Shown here: positions 8,540-18,147 of the stretch, piece after piece | Numbering within the stretch: the first letter of the stretch is position 1 | Layout: each line of letters opens with the position of its first letter | From: Planctopirus limnophila DSM 3776 | GTDB lineage: Bacteria; Planctomycetota; Planctomycetia; Planctomycetales; Planctomycetaceae | Reading direction: 5' to 3' | Assembly: GCF_000092105.1 (NCBI RefSeq) | Contig: NC_014148.1 | Coordinates: 4,590,001-4,622,000 of the forward strand | Length of the DNA stretch: 32,000 nucleotides | Notes under the pieces: model-generated | Database searches by the model: none | What the model saw: the letters and a program-made list of their open reading frames with translations, nothing else | What the model was told of the DNA's origin: nothing | Position numbers and translations under genes: made by a program

Positions 8540-9895
8540 ATGAATGCAGACGTTCTCGGTACAGCAGTCATTCCCGTCGAGAGTCGCCGCTTGGCGAACT
8601 GGGGTGTTCTGGCCTCTTTGCCCGGACTTCGCAGCCTTGTATGGTTTCGCCGCGCCGTCTGGGCCATCCTTCCCGCACTGTTGCTGGTCAGCAGCTTCGG
8701 TGATCTGACTCCAGTGCAGGCCCAGCAGACTTCAGGTCTCATCACACAGGATCAGGCACAGGCCATTGGTCTGGAGCGTGCCTGGTGGGGACAGGCTGTC
8801 TTCAATCCTTCGCGCGACAAAATTGCCCACATCGTCATTGATGAAGACAACCTTTACGTGCAGGCCACGTCTGGCCACGTCACCGCCTTCGATGCCGAAG
8901 ATGGCCGCAAGCTCTGGGCCGTTCTTCTGGGCTCAAATGACGACCCCATGTTTCCCGTCGCTGCGAACGAGACCGAATGCATTGTCATCGTCGGTACCAA
9001 AATGGTCTGCCTGCAGAAACGAACAGGCAAAATCCTCTGGACGCTTCGCCTGCCAGGTGCCCCTTCGACAGGTGCCGCCGTCGATGATGACCATGTCTAC
9101 TACGGGACACTCAACGGCAGTGTCTACGCTTTCAGCCTGAAGCGGATTCGCGAACTCTATCTCGAACAGCGGTTGCCTCAATGGTCATATGATGCGTTTG
9201 TCTGGAAGTACAAAGCCGCTGGTGAAATTACCTCGACACCCATTGCCGGTGGCCGCCTGGTGAAGTTCGCCAGTCGAGATGGTTCGGTCTATGCTGTCTC
9301 AGCCCGTGATCGTCGATTAGCCTTCCAGTTCGAGACCGACGCACCCATTGTCGCTCCTATGGCACTTTCCGGCCGCTCGCTCTATCTCGCTTCCGAAGAC
9401 TTCACCTTCTATTCCATCGATGCAGAAAACGGCAGTGTGAACTGGGATTTCTCGACAGGGTTACCTATCCGCAAGGCACCTCATGTCGTCGGAAACGACC
9501 TCTTTGTCACTCCAGATCGCGGCGGCATGTACTGCATGTCAACCTCCGCAGGAACCCAGCGATGGTGGAACAAAGCGATCACGCAATTTGTCGCAGTTGG
9601 TGGCAACAGTGTCTATGCCAGCGATGCCAATATGAACCTCCTGATGCTCTCCCGATCTGATGGTAAAGTGACAGGTTCTTTGCCAGTGCGGCACTACACC
9701 TATCGCGTGGCCAATGACCGCACTGACAGGTTGTATCTGTCAACCGCCAATGGAACCGTGGTCTGCCTGCGTCCGACCGGGCGGCCCTATCCCACATTCC
9801 ACCGCTATCCAGACCGCCTGCCACTGATGCCCGAGTTCGAACCCGAACCCGGCACCGAACCAGCCGCCGAAAATCCCCCCGCCGACGGCAACTGA
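8540..9895 (+). CDS. PQQ-like / BamB-like beta-propeller repeat protein
   Basis: Repeated '...LYV.. .G.V.AFDA.DG..LW' blades (e.g. LYVQATSGHVTAFDAEDGRKLWAV, VYYGTLNGSVYAF, LYLASEDFTFYSIDAENGSVNW). Signal-like AILPALLLVSSFGDLTPVQAQ. ATG 8540 is chosen over the listed upstream alternative start 8477. Confidence 0.8.
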   Translation: MNADVLGTAVIPVESRRLANWGVLASLPGLRSLVWFRRAVWAILPALLLVSSFGDLTPVQAQQTSGLITQDQAQAIGLERAWWGQAVFNPSRDKIAHIVIDEDNLYVQATSGHVTAFDAEDGRKLWAVLLGSNDDPMFPVAANETECIVIVGTKMVCLQKRTGKILWTLRLPGAPSTGAAVDDDHVYYGTLNGSVYAFSLKRIRELYLEQRLPQWSYDAFVWKYKAAGEITSTPIAGGRLVKFASRDGSVYAVSARDRRLAFQFETDAPIVAPMALSGRSLYLASEDFTFYSIDAENGSVNWDFSTGLPIRKAPHVVGNDLFVTPDRGGMYCMSTSAGTQRWWNKAITQFVAVGGNSVYASDANMNLLMLSRSDGKVTGSLPVRHYTYRVANDRTDRLYLSTANGTVVCLRPTGRPYPTFHRYPDRLPLMPEFEPEPGTEPAAENPPADGN

Positions 9896-9982
9896 TACAA
9901 TTTCCATGCTGAAAACTACCATACCAACCCCGCTCATAACGTGTTCAATGAAGTTGGGAGTTGGGGTGCCCCAGCGTCCTCT

Positions 9983-10025
9983 GGAACCCTCGCCCGCGTC
10001 TGCGTGGGAGAGGGCAAGGTGAGGG
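9983..10025 (+). repeat. Family A repeat, copy 4
   Basis: GGAACCCTCGCCCGCGTCTGCGTGGGAGAGGGCAAGGTGAGGG, about 90 nt after the propeller gene stop. Confidence 0.8.
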
Positions 10026-10068
10026 CCTTTTCCGCATCTCCTAACCGTCTTGATCAGGCTTCGCGCCC

Positions 10069-10104
10069 TGCTTGCAGCCCGTCTTGAGTGAAACCGAGCA
10101 AGCA
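10069..10104. repeat. Family E-like hairpin, degenerate copy with a long loop
   Basis: TGCTTGC (10069-10075) pairs with GCAAGCA (10098-10104). The arms match the E5/E6 arms and the loop is 22 nt. Confidence 0.35.
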
Positions 10105-10126
10105 TGTTCATCGCCTTCTCACGGGT

Positions 10127-10212
10127 AGCACGCTTTGCAGGCGCAAAGGTTAGAACACTGCGAAAGGGCGTGGTCATTAAGCATTTCAACGTCACATGTC
10201 ATGTCAGCCTGC
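10127..10212 (+). repeat. Family C mosaic repeat, copy 2
   Basis: GGGTAGCACG..TTGCAGGC ... CTGCGAAAGGGCGTGGTCATTAAG ... ATGTCAGCCTGC is collinear with 993-1075. Confidence 0.55.
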
Positions 10213-10312
10213 ACAGCGTTCACGATCAAGCGACCGCCGCCGCAAATGACACACCCTGAGCCAAACGATGTTCAGCTCAGGGTGCGCGAAATATGAAATC
10301 AGGCAGCAATAC

Positions 10313-11986
10313 TTAGCGGAAGGAGTTGGGGTCACCAAACAGACCACCTGATCCAGTATTCCCTGTCGTACCACCACGCAGCGGCTCTTTGCGTTTGCGC
10401 TCGTACTGCTGGCCTTTACCGGGGGCAAGGTCTTCATCCTTGGGTGGAGCCACCACTTCAGGCTTCGGCTTGAGGGCTTTGACCGACAGGCTGATCCGCT
10501 GACGCTCAGGCTGAATTTCCAGCACTTGAGCATCGACCTGCTGACCTTCCTTAAGCACATCAGCCACACGCTTGACCCGCTTGTAGTCCAGCTCGCTGAT
10601 ATGGATCATTCCTTCCACACCCGGCTCAAGCTCAATGAACGCACCAAAATCGGTAATGCGTGTCACCTTACCTGTGACAGTCTTGCCGACGGCATATGTC
10701 TCAGGGGCCGAGTTCCACGGGTTCTGCACGAGTTGCCTCATGCCCAGACCGATCTTTTGCTTTTCGCGATCGAGCGACAGCACCACCACGTCGACCGTCT
10801 GCTGTTCACGCACACAATCTGTGGGGTGCTTGATACGAGTCCAGCTCATCTCGCCCACATGCAGGAAGCCATCGACCCCACCGAGATCAACAAACGCCCC
10901 GTAATCCTTGATCGTCTTGATCGTCCCTGTGAACTTCTGGCCGACTTCGACCTTATCCCAGAAACTGGCAGCAGCTTCTTTACGCTCCGCAATCAGAATC
11001 GCCTTGCGGCTGACCACGAGATTCCGCTTGGCGGGATTCACTTCTGTGACTTCCACCGGGAACTTCTTCCCCACAAAAGCATCCATTGAGGAGACAAAAC
11101 CAAGTTCCACCTGGCTCGCTGGCAGGAAGGCACGAATCTGGCCCACAGCCACTTCCAGCCCGCCTTTATTCACAGCGGTCACATAAGCTTCAACGATCTG
11201 ACCCTTCTGGAGTTCATCCCAGTTGCCACGGGCCCGACGGGTCGACTTGGTCAGATTGACGTAGATCAGCCCCTGCTCGGCATCGTACTTTTCCACGATG
11301 ACCAGATGCTCTTCACCAGGATGTGGCGGCTTTCCCTGGGGAAAGTTTCGCGTGGGGAGCATGCCGGGCGAGCGGAAGCCGAGATCGACAAACGTGTTTT
11401 CGGGTGAGACCGACTGCACCTTGGCCTTGAGCTTCATGCCCGGTGCCAGTTGGTCTTCGGAAGTAATCTGTGCAGCGACGGAAGCGTTATCGCCCGCACC
11501 CACAATCTCACTGGCACCAGCCACTGTCGGTGCTCCACCCGACATCGCGGCAGCCAGTTCTGCTTCCAGTGCGGGGTCAAGTTCTTCGGTCCGGGGAATT
11601 TCCACCGGGCCCGCTTGAGGGATCGTCGCCACCTGGGGCACGCCCGGCGTCTGTCCATCAGCAGCGTAAGTGGGAATGGCCAGTCCATCTTTGGACGAGA
11701 GTGTCGGATTGAGTTCCACTCGCTTGCGAGGTGCCTCTGCTGCGATTGGTGCAGCTTCCGCAGCAGCCGTGACCACTGGCGCAGTTTCTGGTGAAACAGC
11801 TTCTGCCGCTGGAGTAGAAGCGACCGGGGTGTCGCCGGGAACAACCTGGGGAGCACTCGAAAGCTCTGTGGGAGCAACTGCCTCTACAGAAGAGACAGGT
11901 TCTGCCGGAGAGACAGGTTCTGCTGGAGAAGATGCCTCAGGCGAAAGGCTGGCATCCACAGGTTTGTTTTCACCGTCACCGCTCAT
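10313..11986 (-). CDS. rpsA: 30S ribosomal protein S1-like protein (four S1 domains, long N-terminal low-complexity extension)
   Basis: Four OB/S1 domains, e.g. [34 protein letters not shown] and [33 protein letters not shown]. About 190 aa of Pro/Ala/Glu/Val-rich N-terminus and a basic C-terminal tail. Confidence 0.85.
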   Translation of the reverse strand: MSGDGENKPVDASLSPEASSPAEPVSPAEPVSSVEAVAPTELSSAPQVVPGDTPVASTPAAEAVSPETAPVVTAAAEAAPIAAEAPRKRVELNPTLSSKDGLAIPTYAADGQTPGVPQVATIPQAGPVEIPRTEELDPALEAELAAAMSGGAPTVAGASEIVGAGDNASVAAQITSEDQLAPGMKLKAKVQSVSPENTFVDLGFRSPGMLPTRNFPQGKPPHPGEEHLVIVEKYDAEQGLIYVNLTKSTRRARGNWDELQKGQIVEAYVTAVNKGGLEVAVGQIRAFLPASQVELGFVSSMDAFVGKKFPVEVTEVNPAKRNLVVSRKAILIAERKEAAASFWDKVEVGQKFTGTIKTIKDYGAFVDLGGVDGFLHVGEMSWTRIKHPTDCVREQQTVDVVVLSLDREKQKIGLGMRQLVQNPWNSAPETYAVGKTVTGKVTRITDFGAFIELEPGVEGMIHISELDYKRVKRVADVLKEGQQVDAQVLEIQPERQRISLSVKALKPKPEVVAPPKDEDLAPGKGQQYERKRKEPLRGGTTGNTGSGGLFGDPNSFR

Positions 11987-12194
11987 CGTAATTTACCAAT
12001 ATCGATCGTTCGTTGTGGGGGGCTGTCATCCAGTCTTCAGCCGCCACATATCGGGATATAGACTGGCCTCAGAAATGCTAGCGAAAAAAAATTGTCAATG
12101 CCACGAGCAACCGCTAAACCGCCAGAAACTGACCGACTTTGCCTCATTTCGGTAAGCTCCTCCAGACCCACCCGGCTTACCCAAACCTCCAGAT

Positions 12195-13238
12195 GTGGTT
12201 AAATGTCCAGTGCTCTGGCTTGTTGATTTTCTTACCATCAGCGGCCACGATCGGCATCTGCTCAAAGCCATCAGACCTTTTCGTGGCCCGGTCGGTGTAC
12301 GATTGCAGGAGTCTCCATTGAATCAATTGCTGCTGGAAGACTGCATCACGGGTCTGGCTCAACAGCCTGCAGGATCGGTCGATCTGGCGTTTGCCGATCC
12401 TCCCTTCAACATTGGCTACACTTACGACGTTTATGCCGATTCCAAAGAAAGCCAGCAGTACCTGGCTTGGTGCGAAGAATGGATCGCTGCCGTCTACCGG
12501 GCACTTAGGCCTGATGGAACATTCTGGCTGGCCATTGGCGATGAATATGCGGCCGAGCTGAAAGTTGCTGCCCAGAAAATTGGTTTTCATACGCGCAGTT
12601 GGGTCGTGTGGTATTACACCTTTGGGGTGAACTGCAAATTCAAATTCACCCGCTCGCATGCACACATCTTTTACTTTGTGAAGGATCGCGAGAAGTTCAC
12701 CTTCAACAGCGAAGATCCTGCCAACCGCATCCCTTCCGCCAGGCAGCTGGTCTATGCCGATAAGCGGGCCAATCCAAAAGGTCGCCTGCCAGACGATACC
12801 TGGATCATCCCCCCCACTGTCGAAGAGATGGCCCGCCAGACCAGTGCCACCTGGGTTCTCCGGCCACAGGATCTGGCCGATCGCTTTACTCCCACGGAAG
12901 ATACCTGGTACTTCCCGCGTGTGGCCGGCACCTTCAAAGAGCGCGAAGGTTTTCATGGTTGCCAGATGCCCGAACAGCTTCTGGGGCGGATCATCCGCAT
13001 GTGCTCAAATCCCGGAGAACTGGTGCTCGATCCCTTCTCAGGAAGTGCCACCACATTGGCCGTGGCTAAGAAGCTGGGCCGCAACTATCTCGGGTTCGAT
13101 ATCAGCGAGCAGTACGTGACTCACGGCCTCAAGCGGCTCGAATCGATCGAACCAGGCGATCCCCTCGACGGTGCCGCCGAACCCACCATGAGTGCCCCCA
13201 GTACCGCCAAAGGCAAACAGCGGAAATCACTTCGCTGA
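12195..13238 (+). CDS. Site-specific DNA methyltransferase, beta-class (N6-adenine/N4-cytosine family)
   Basis: Motif [10 protein letters not shown] near the N-terminus and motif [12 protein letters not shown] near the C-terminus (IV-before-I order means beta class). The start is uncertain: GTG 12195 is listed and in-frame TTG codons lie at 12303 and 12318. Confidence 0.85.
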   Translation: MVKCPVLWLVDFLTISGHDRHLLKAIRPFRGPVGVRLQESPLNQLLLEDCITGLAQQPAGSVDLAFADPPFNIGYTYDVYADSKESQQYLAWCEEWIAAVYRALRPDGTFWLAIGDEYAAELKVAAQKIGFHTRSWVVWYYTFGVNCKFKFTRSHAHIFYFVKDREKFTFNSEDPANRIPSARQLVYADKRANPKGRLPDDTWIIPPTVEEMARQTSATWVLRPQDLADRFTPTEDTWYFPRVAGTFKEREGFHGCQMPEQLLGRIIRMCSNPGELVLDPFSGSATTLAVAKKLGRNYLGFDISEQYVTHGLKRLESIEPGDPLDGAAEPTMSAPSTAKGKQRKSLR

Positions 13239-13306
13239 TTCCTGTTCTCATCCCTGTCGATGACACACATCCTTGCACCATCAGCCCAGAGCGGCCCGCC
13301 ATTTCT

Positions 13307-13349
13307 GGAACTCTCGTCCACGTCCTCGTCGGAGAGGGCAATGCGAGGG
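13307..13349 (+). repeat. Family A repeat, copy 5 (diverged)
   Basis: GGAACTCTCGTCCACGTCCTCGTCGGAGAGGGCAATGCGAGGG has the same architecture and spacing as copy 1 and is likewise followed by a family B unit. Confidence 0.6.
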
Positions 13350-13369
13350 TCTTCAAAATTCTTCCGACA

Positions 13370-13404
13370 GTAGGGTGCCATGCAGCGCCAGCGAAATGCA
13401 CCAA
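13370..13404 (+). repeat. Family B repeat, copy 2
   Basis: GTAGGGTGCCATGCAGCGCCAGCGAAATGCACCAA compared with 1150-1185: about 3 mismatches. Confidence 0.8.
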
Positions 13405-13604
13405 CTCTTCCCCCTTCTCTGCCTTCGCGCGAGCTCCCCGAACTTCCAATTCATCCTCACGCGAAGCCGCGAAGTTCTCGAAGAAGATCAGCATGACTCA
13501 CTTCTTCCCGCCCAAGTAGGGCAGGCTCCCGCCTGCCTGCCTGAAGCTCCTCCAACCTTCGTGCTCTTCGCGACCTTCGTGTTGCACCCGATTCTTACCC
13601 ATCC

Positions 13605-13706
13605 GGGTGGCCCAGACGTGGCTCTGCACGTCTGGGTGACGCCAGTCACAAGAAATCGTCGCGCAAAACATAACAATTCCCGTGGAACGCCCCGGCTGAT
13701 ATTCTG
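13605..13706 (+). repeat. Family D REP-like element, copy 1
   Basis: The first 55 nt are identical to 19001-19055 and the rest is about 80% similar. It contains hairpin CCCAGACGTG-GCTCTG-CACGTCTGGG (13611-13636) and mini-hairpin TGAC-GCCA-GTCA (13637-13648). It lies immediately upstream of a RAYT-like remnant. Confidence 0.8.
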
Positions 13707-13718
13707 TTTCCTATCGAA

Positions 13719-13814
13719 ATGCCCAATCCACTGAAGCACGGCCTGGTGAACCGCGTCACCGCGTGGCCTTGGAGTTCATTCCAGGTTTCGCGCAGGCGGA
13801 CGAATACCCACTAA
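13719..13814 (+). pseudogene. C-terminal remnant of an IS200-like / REP-associated tyrosine transposase (RAYT)
   Basis: The 31-codon frame MPNPLKHGLVNRVTAWPWSSFQVSRRRTNTH* matches the conserved C-terminal NP(L/V)(R/K)AGLV....W.WSS motif of the Y1 (IS200-like) transposase family. An upstream in-frame stop sits at 13671 and no N-terminal HUH part is present. Confidence 0.5.
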
Positions 13815-13947
13815 AATGAAGCCGCACGTATCAATCGAGTTGCAACGAGTTCAGTGATCAGGAAGATGCTGCGAAGGAAGATAGTGCGTTGCGCAAAGCC
13901 TTAACGCACCCAGCGTGACTACGGGACTTGTCTTGCGACGGCTTCTA

Positions 13948-16254
13948 TTACTTGGAAAGTTCTGGCGAACTCACAGCCACGCGAAAGCCGACGTAGTTGG
14001 AGCGAGTGTCCGGAGGGAAATGAAAGGCCCGGCTCCCTGACTTGCCTAACACGGCGGGAGTCAACCAGGCGCCGCCACGGATCATGCGGTTGATCCCCTC
14101 CTTTGCGCCAGTGGGATCGCTGACCGCGCCCTCGGGGTAATCACCGGCCCGGTCGCTGCACCACTCCATCACATTGCCGTGCATATCATACAGTCCCCAG
14201 GCGTTCATCTCCTTCTTGCCGACCGGCTGCGACAAGCCTTGACTGTTCGAGTTGAACCAGCCGTAATCATCAGCTAATTCCAGCCCTCCAAACCCGAACG
14301 GCGCGTTGCTGCCAGCACGGCAAGCGTACTCCCACTCCGCCTCTGTCGGTAAGCGATACACCCGACCGGCCGCCCGCTCCTCGGGCAACTCCGAAAGTTT
14401 CTTGCAGAATTCGACAGCATCCTCCCATGAAACCTGATCGACGGGATGATTCGAGCTGTCAACGCCATTGACCTGATCACCTTGAAAGTGACTCGGGTTG
14501 TTGCCCATCACCTTCAGATACTGGGCCTGAGTGACCTCGAAGGCGCCCAGGTAGTAGTCCCGAGTGAGTGTCACTTCGTGCTGACGCTCCGTGAACTGGT
14601 AACCCACTTCTCTAACAGCTCTAACCTGCGAGCCCATCCGAAATTTCCCCCTGGTGATCGGTACCAGCTTCATACCCATGCTGTTTGTCATTCCATGATC
14701 AGCCTGAGCGTGTGCGGATTCAGCATTGCTCAGGCGATCCTGCTCAATCGCCGCCTCGGCAGCGGCAGAAAGTTGTTTTGACGCACTCAGGATCGGGAGG
14801 ACCTCTTTCGGCCCCTGGCTGCGAAAATGAATCTTCATTTGGGAGAGATCGATTTGCACTCGCTCGTCTACCGCAGCGGCCCGCTTCAGGTAAACGTTCC
14901 ACTCGTTTCGTTTCACTTCGCTGTAGATGACCTCCCCGCTCGTCCAGCTCTTCGGTCCGATCTGCTCGAACGATTTCTCAAGCGACTTCTCTGGGGATGA
15001 GCCCTGATAGGTGACCTTCGAGACGTTGCGACCGGTGATCTCAGGGTCGATGGCTGATTTTGTAATCTCTGCTGGCCAGCTATTGCGGACAATCCGGACC
15101 CCGATGCTGAAACATTGACTAGCCCCCTGCCACCGATAGCTACGGGTCGCCAGTCTGCAGCGGGTGGCTTCCTTGAACCAGCAGCCGCCCCGGATCACCC
15201 GATCCGCACCGATTTCCTTCGCCATCGGATCCGTTCCGCCCGGCAATTCCTCGTAGTAACAGTCCTGAACCCACTCCCAGGTACTCCCGTTCATGTCGTG
15301 CAGGCCCCAGGCATTCGCCTTCTTAGTGCCTACCGGCTTCAAATAACCGCCGCTGTTTCCATCGTGCCACGCCACCTCATCAAGGCTGCCTCCGGGGTAC
15401 ATTCCTGTCTCACCCGCTCGCGCCGCGTATTCATACTGCGCTTCGGTCGGCAAAGACATCTTTCCGCCATCGTCGCTCCCAAGGTTGGCATTGACCTTCT
15501 CCATGAACAGTTGGGCGTCGTCCCAACTGACGCCCACGATGGGGAGATTAGGCCCTTTGTTTTTCTCGGGGTGAGGCTTGCCGTAGGGGCCAATGCCATC
15601 CAGTGGATTGCTCCCCATCACCGCCGCCCACTGCGACTGGGTCACCTCGGTTCTTGAGATCCAGAAGCCCTTGCTCAGGGTGACTTTGACCTGATCTTCT
15701 CGACTTTCCCTGGCCTTCTCGGATGGCGGGCTCCCCATCATGAACTCACCCGCCGGGCACCAGCAGAAGGTCATCTTCATTCCGGGCGCGATCTCGAACT
15801 CACGCTCCTCGCCAGCACGGTTTCCCTTGAGCTTTGCGTAAGCCTCTGCACCAGCGGCATCGACGGTGTCTGGATTGGCTTCTTTTCTTTGTGCATTCAT
15901 CTCTGTCTTCGGGAGGGAGTCCCGAAATTTCGCATCAAGTTCAGCAAGGTCCACATAGATGACGCGGTCCGACCACTTCCCGCTGATAACGGATTTGGAA
16001 CGATGATTGATGTAAGAGCGCCCATCACGCTGACCCAGGTAAGTGATGCTGTGCATCGTTTGGGGCATTCCGATTAAGGCATACTCCTTCTTGAACTCGG
16101 CTGGTGAAACACGCTTTGGCGTAACGCCGGCGGGAAGTTGATTTTCGTTGGTTGCAGGTTTCGAAGGGGCGGTAGTCTGCGCGTGCGTGCTGGCCAAGCA
16201 AATCAACGCGAGTGCCATGACAATGATTTCACCGAGTCTTTTCGATCTTCTCAT
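13948..16254 (-). CDS. Secreted protein with two formylglycine-generating-enzyme (FGE/SUMF1)-fold domains
   Basis: Signal peptide IVMALALICLASTHAQT. Two copies of the FGE-sulfatase pattern: ...EVTQ.QW/Y..VMG.NPS..., V.WDDA..F, RLPTEAEWEYA.RAG, NAWGL.DM.GN..EW, .IRGG.W....GFR. Confidence 0.9.
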   Translation of the reverse strand: MRRSKRLGEIIVMALALICLASTHAQTTAPSKPATNENQLPAGVTPKRVSPAEFKKEYALIGMPQTMHSITYLGQRDGRSYINHRSKSVISGKWSDRVIYVDLAELDAKFRDSLPKTEMNAQRKEANPDTVDAAGAEAYAKLKGNRAGEEREFEIAPGMKMTFCWCPAGEFMMGSPPSEKARESREDQVKVTLSKGFWISRTEVTQSQWAAVMGSNPLDGIGPYGKPHPEKNKGPNLPIVGVSWDDAQLFMEKVNANLGSDDGGKMSLPTEAQYEYAARAGETGMYPGGSLDEVAWHDGNSGGYLKPVGTKKANAWGLHDMNGSTWEWVQDCYYEELPGGTDPMAKEIGADRVIRGGCWFKEATRCRLATRSYRWQGASQCFSIGVRIVRNSWPAEITKSAIDPEITGRNVSKVTYQGSSPEKSLEKSFEQIGPKSWTSGEVIYSEVKRNEWNVYLKRAAAVDERVQIDLSQMKIHFRSQGPKEVLPILSASKQLSAAAEAAIEQDRLSNAESAHAQADHGMTNSMGMKLVPITRGKFRMGSQVRAVREVGYQFTERQHEVTLTRDYYLGAFEVTQAQYLKVMGNNPSHFQGDQVNGVDSSNHPVDQVSWEDAVEFCKKLSELPEERAAGRVYRLPTEAEWEYACRAGSNAPFGFGGLELADDYGWFNSNSQGLSQPVGKKEMNAWGLYDMHGNVMEWCSDRAGDYPEGAVSDPTGAKEGINRMIRGGAWLTPAVLGKSGSRAFHFPPDTRSNYVGFRVAVSSPELSK

Positions 16255-17006
16255 CTTTGTGGTTCCGTTGAGTTACTTTGCACTTCCGTTCGAACCCCAA
16301 AGAGGGTTATGCGCATGAGTTCGCTGAAATCATGTGCGCGGATTCAAAAAAGTTCGTTTCTCAAAAAGTAGCCAATGGTTTCGTCTGACTGTTAGGGCGG
16401 AAAAAAGGTGTGAGGAATCGATTTCATGACAAGGGCCATTGGCTTGCTTTGTTCGACCGCGCATCAAACGCCCCGCGAGAACTCCTGCCCAGGGGTGAGC
16501 TCATGCGGCGGCGAAGAAAGGTGACTGCTGATCCTCAGGTAGCCCACCGAATAGATTGGCATGCGTATCATTCGTCGATACAGGAGCAAGACTTCGTTCC
16601 GTCCCAAGACAATAGTCTAATCAAAATCGAGCCCAACCACTTATCGAGTCTTTCACGTGGAAGGATTGTTAACAGGTTTGGGAGTTCTGGCATGTCGAAA
16701 ACCCGATCTCCGCGGCGTGGCGAAACTTCCGGATGCCGGTCCGCCATGGGATCACCGCGAAGCGCCCCATGCCGAATTGACACAGCAATGCCAGGCAGAA
16801 AGCCTCAGGTTCCAGGTCTTTCGAAATTCCCTCGTGAGGGTGCATCGGGGTTCCGGTGTTGAATCTGCGAAAAGAAATCGATTCTGGAATTATTTTGAAT
16901 CCGCCAATGAGATCTCAGCGAATGCAAACATGAGCCGCTCAAAACTGTCGACAGCATCGTTTTTCGAATCTCAAGCTATTGAACCATTGTCAAAGGGAAT
17001 CTGAAC

Positions 17007-17492
17007 ATGAAATTGTTTTTTGCCGCTGTCTTGTCGTTGGCTGTTGTTTTGGGAGCTTCGTCATTTGCCGCTGCCCAGGACAAGAAGGATATCGTGGATA
17101 CTGCGGTAGGTGCAGGCAGCTTCAAAACGCTGGTCGCTGCCGTCCAGGCGGCTGATCTGGTGGATACATTGAAGAGCAAGGGACCATTCACTGTCTTTGC
17201 ACCGACCGACGAAGCTTTCGCCAAGCTTCCCAAAGGTACGGTGGAATCGTTGCTGAAACCCGAAAACAAGGAGAAACTGATTGCTATCCTGACCTATCAC
17301 GTGGTCCCCGGCAAAGTTATGGCCAAAGACGTTGTCAATCTCACCGAGGCGAAGACAGTGCAAGGTTCTGCCGTGAAAATTGCTGTTGAAGGTGGCAAAG
17401 TGAGCGTCGGCGGTGCGAACGTGGTGAAGACCGATATTGTGACCAGCAATGGCGTCATTCACGTGATCGACGCAGTCATGTTGCCCAAGTAG
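17007..17492 (+). CDS. Fasciclin (FAS1) domain protein, secreted
   Basis: Signal peptide, then [28 protein letters not shown]...[17 protein letters not shown]...LTYHVV.G...[13 protein letters not shown]. This is the canonical FAS1 H1/YH/H2 motif set, as in MPT70/MPT83-type proteins. Confidence 0.93.
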   Translation: MKLFFAAVLSLAVVLGASSFAAAQDKKDIVDTAVGAGSFKTLVAAVQAADLVDTLKSKGPFTVFAPTDEAFAKLPKGTVESLLKPENKEKLIAILTYHVVPGKVMAKDVVNLTEAKTVQGSAVKIAVEGGKVSVGGANVVKTDIVTSNGVIHVIDAVMLPK

Positions 17493-17519
17493 TATGCCTC
17501 ATAGCTCTTAACGCAACTT

Positions 17520-17551
17520 GGACGGGGTCGGTCTGCTTACCGATCCCGTCC
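17520..17551 (+). terminator. Hairpin between the fasciclin and sigma genes (possible weak terminator or attenuator)
   Basis: GGACGGGGTCGG-N8-CCGATCCCGTCC forms a 12-bp stem with one G.U pair, followed only by CTTTGC (a poor U-tract). Confidence 0.3.
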
Positions 17552-17580
17552 CTTTGCACGCCCAGTGAGAGGAGGTTGAT

Positions 17581-18147
17581 TTGCAAGTCCCGCTTTTAAC
17601 CCGCATTGCCAACGGTGATACCGGAGCGGTTGATGAATGTATCGACCGCTATGGTGGGCTCGTGTGGTCGCTCGCCCGCCGACTCTCCTCTTCATTAGCT
17701 GATGCTGAAGACGCCGTTCAGGAAGTCTTCGTGGACTTGTGGAAGAATGCGGATCGTTATCGCGGGGAGATTGCTGGTGAGGCGACCTTTGTGGCAATGA
17801 TAGCGCGGCGGCGTTTGATTGATCGGCTCCGCAAGTCCGGACGCGAGTTGGAATCACGACCGATCGATGAGCTTGCTTTGCAACATGCGGCTCCCCTGCA
17901 GACTTCCCCCGTAGAATTGGCGGAAGAAGTAGCCCAAGCTGCGGCTTGTCTGGAGAGGCTGCGAAAAGATGAACGGAAAGTGCTGGAACTCTCGATCTAT
18001 CATGGCTTGCCGCAAACGCGAATCGCCAACCAAACGGGGCTGGCACTGGGCACAGTGAAAACCATTGCACGACGCGGGTTGTTACAACTCCGAGTTTGCA
18101 TGCAAGTCCGCAACCAGCGACGTGCGAATGAAGTTGAGGTCGTATGA
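17581..18147 (+). CDS. ECF (sigma-70 family, group 4) RNA polymerase sigma factor
   Basis: Region 2 DAEDAVQEVFVDLWKNADRY and region 4 HTH LPQTRIANQTGLALGTVKTIARRGL. TTG start preceded by GGAGG 5 nt upstream. The stop overlaps the next gene (ATGA). Confidence 0.9.
   Translation: MQVPLLTRIANGDTGAVDECIDRYGGLVWSLARRLSSSLADAEDAVQEVFVDLWKNADRYRGEIAGEATFVAMIARRRLIDRLRKSGRELESRPIDELALQHAAPLQTSPVELAEEVAQAAACLERLRKDERKVLELSIYHGLPQTRIANQTGLALGTVKTIARRGLLQLRVCMQVRNQRRANEVEVV

Noticed and set aside
1094-13349. Possibility that the recurrent short repeats (families A-E) form a CRISPR array.
   Set aside because: Copies are kilobases apart, separated by genes, irregular in spacing and orientation, and internally palindromic with variable loops. 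No cas genes are present.
13948-14200. Diversity-generating retroelement hypothesis: an FGE/C-type-lectin-fold C-terminus as a variable region.
   Set aside because: There is no reverse transcriptase in the window. There is also no near-identical template repeat of the C-terminal coding region: I compared it by eye with the domain-1 equivalent at 15085-15330 and with the flanking intergenic regions.
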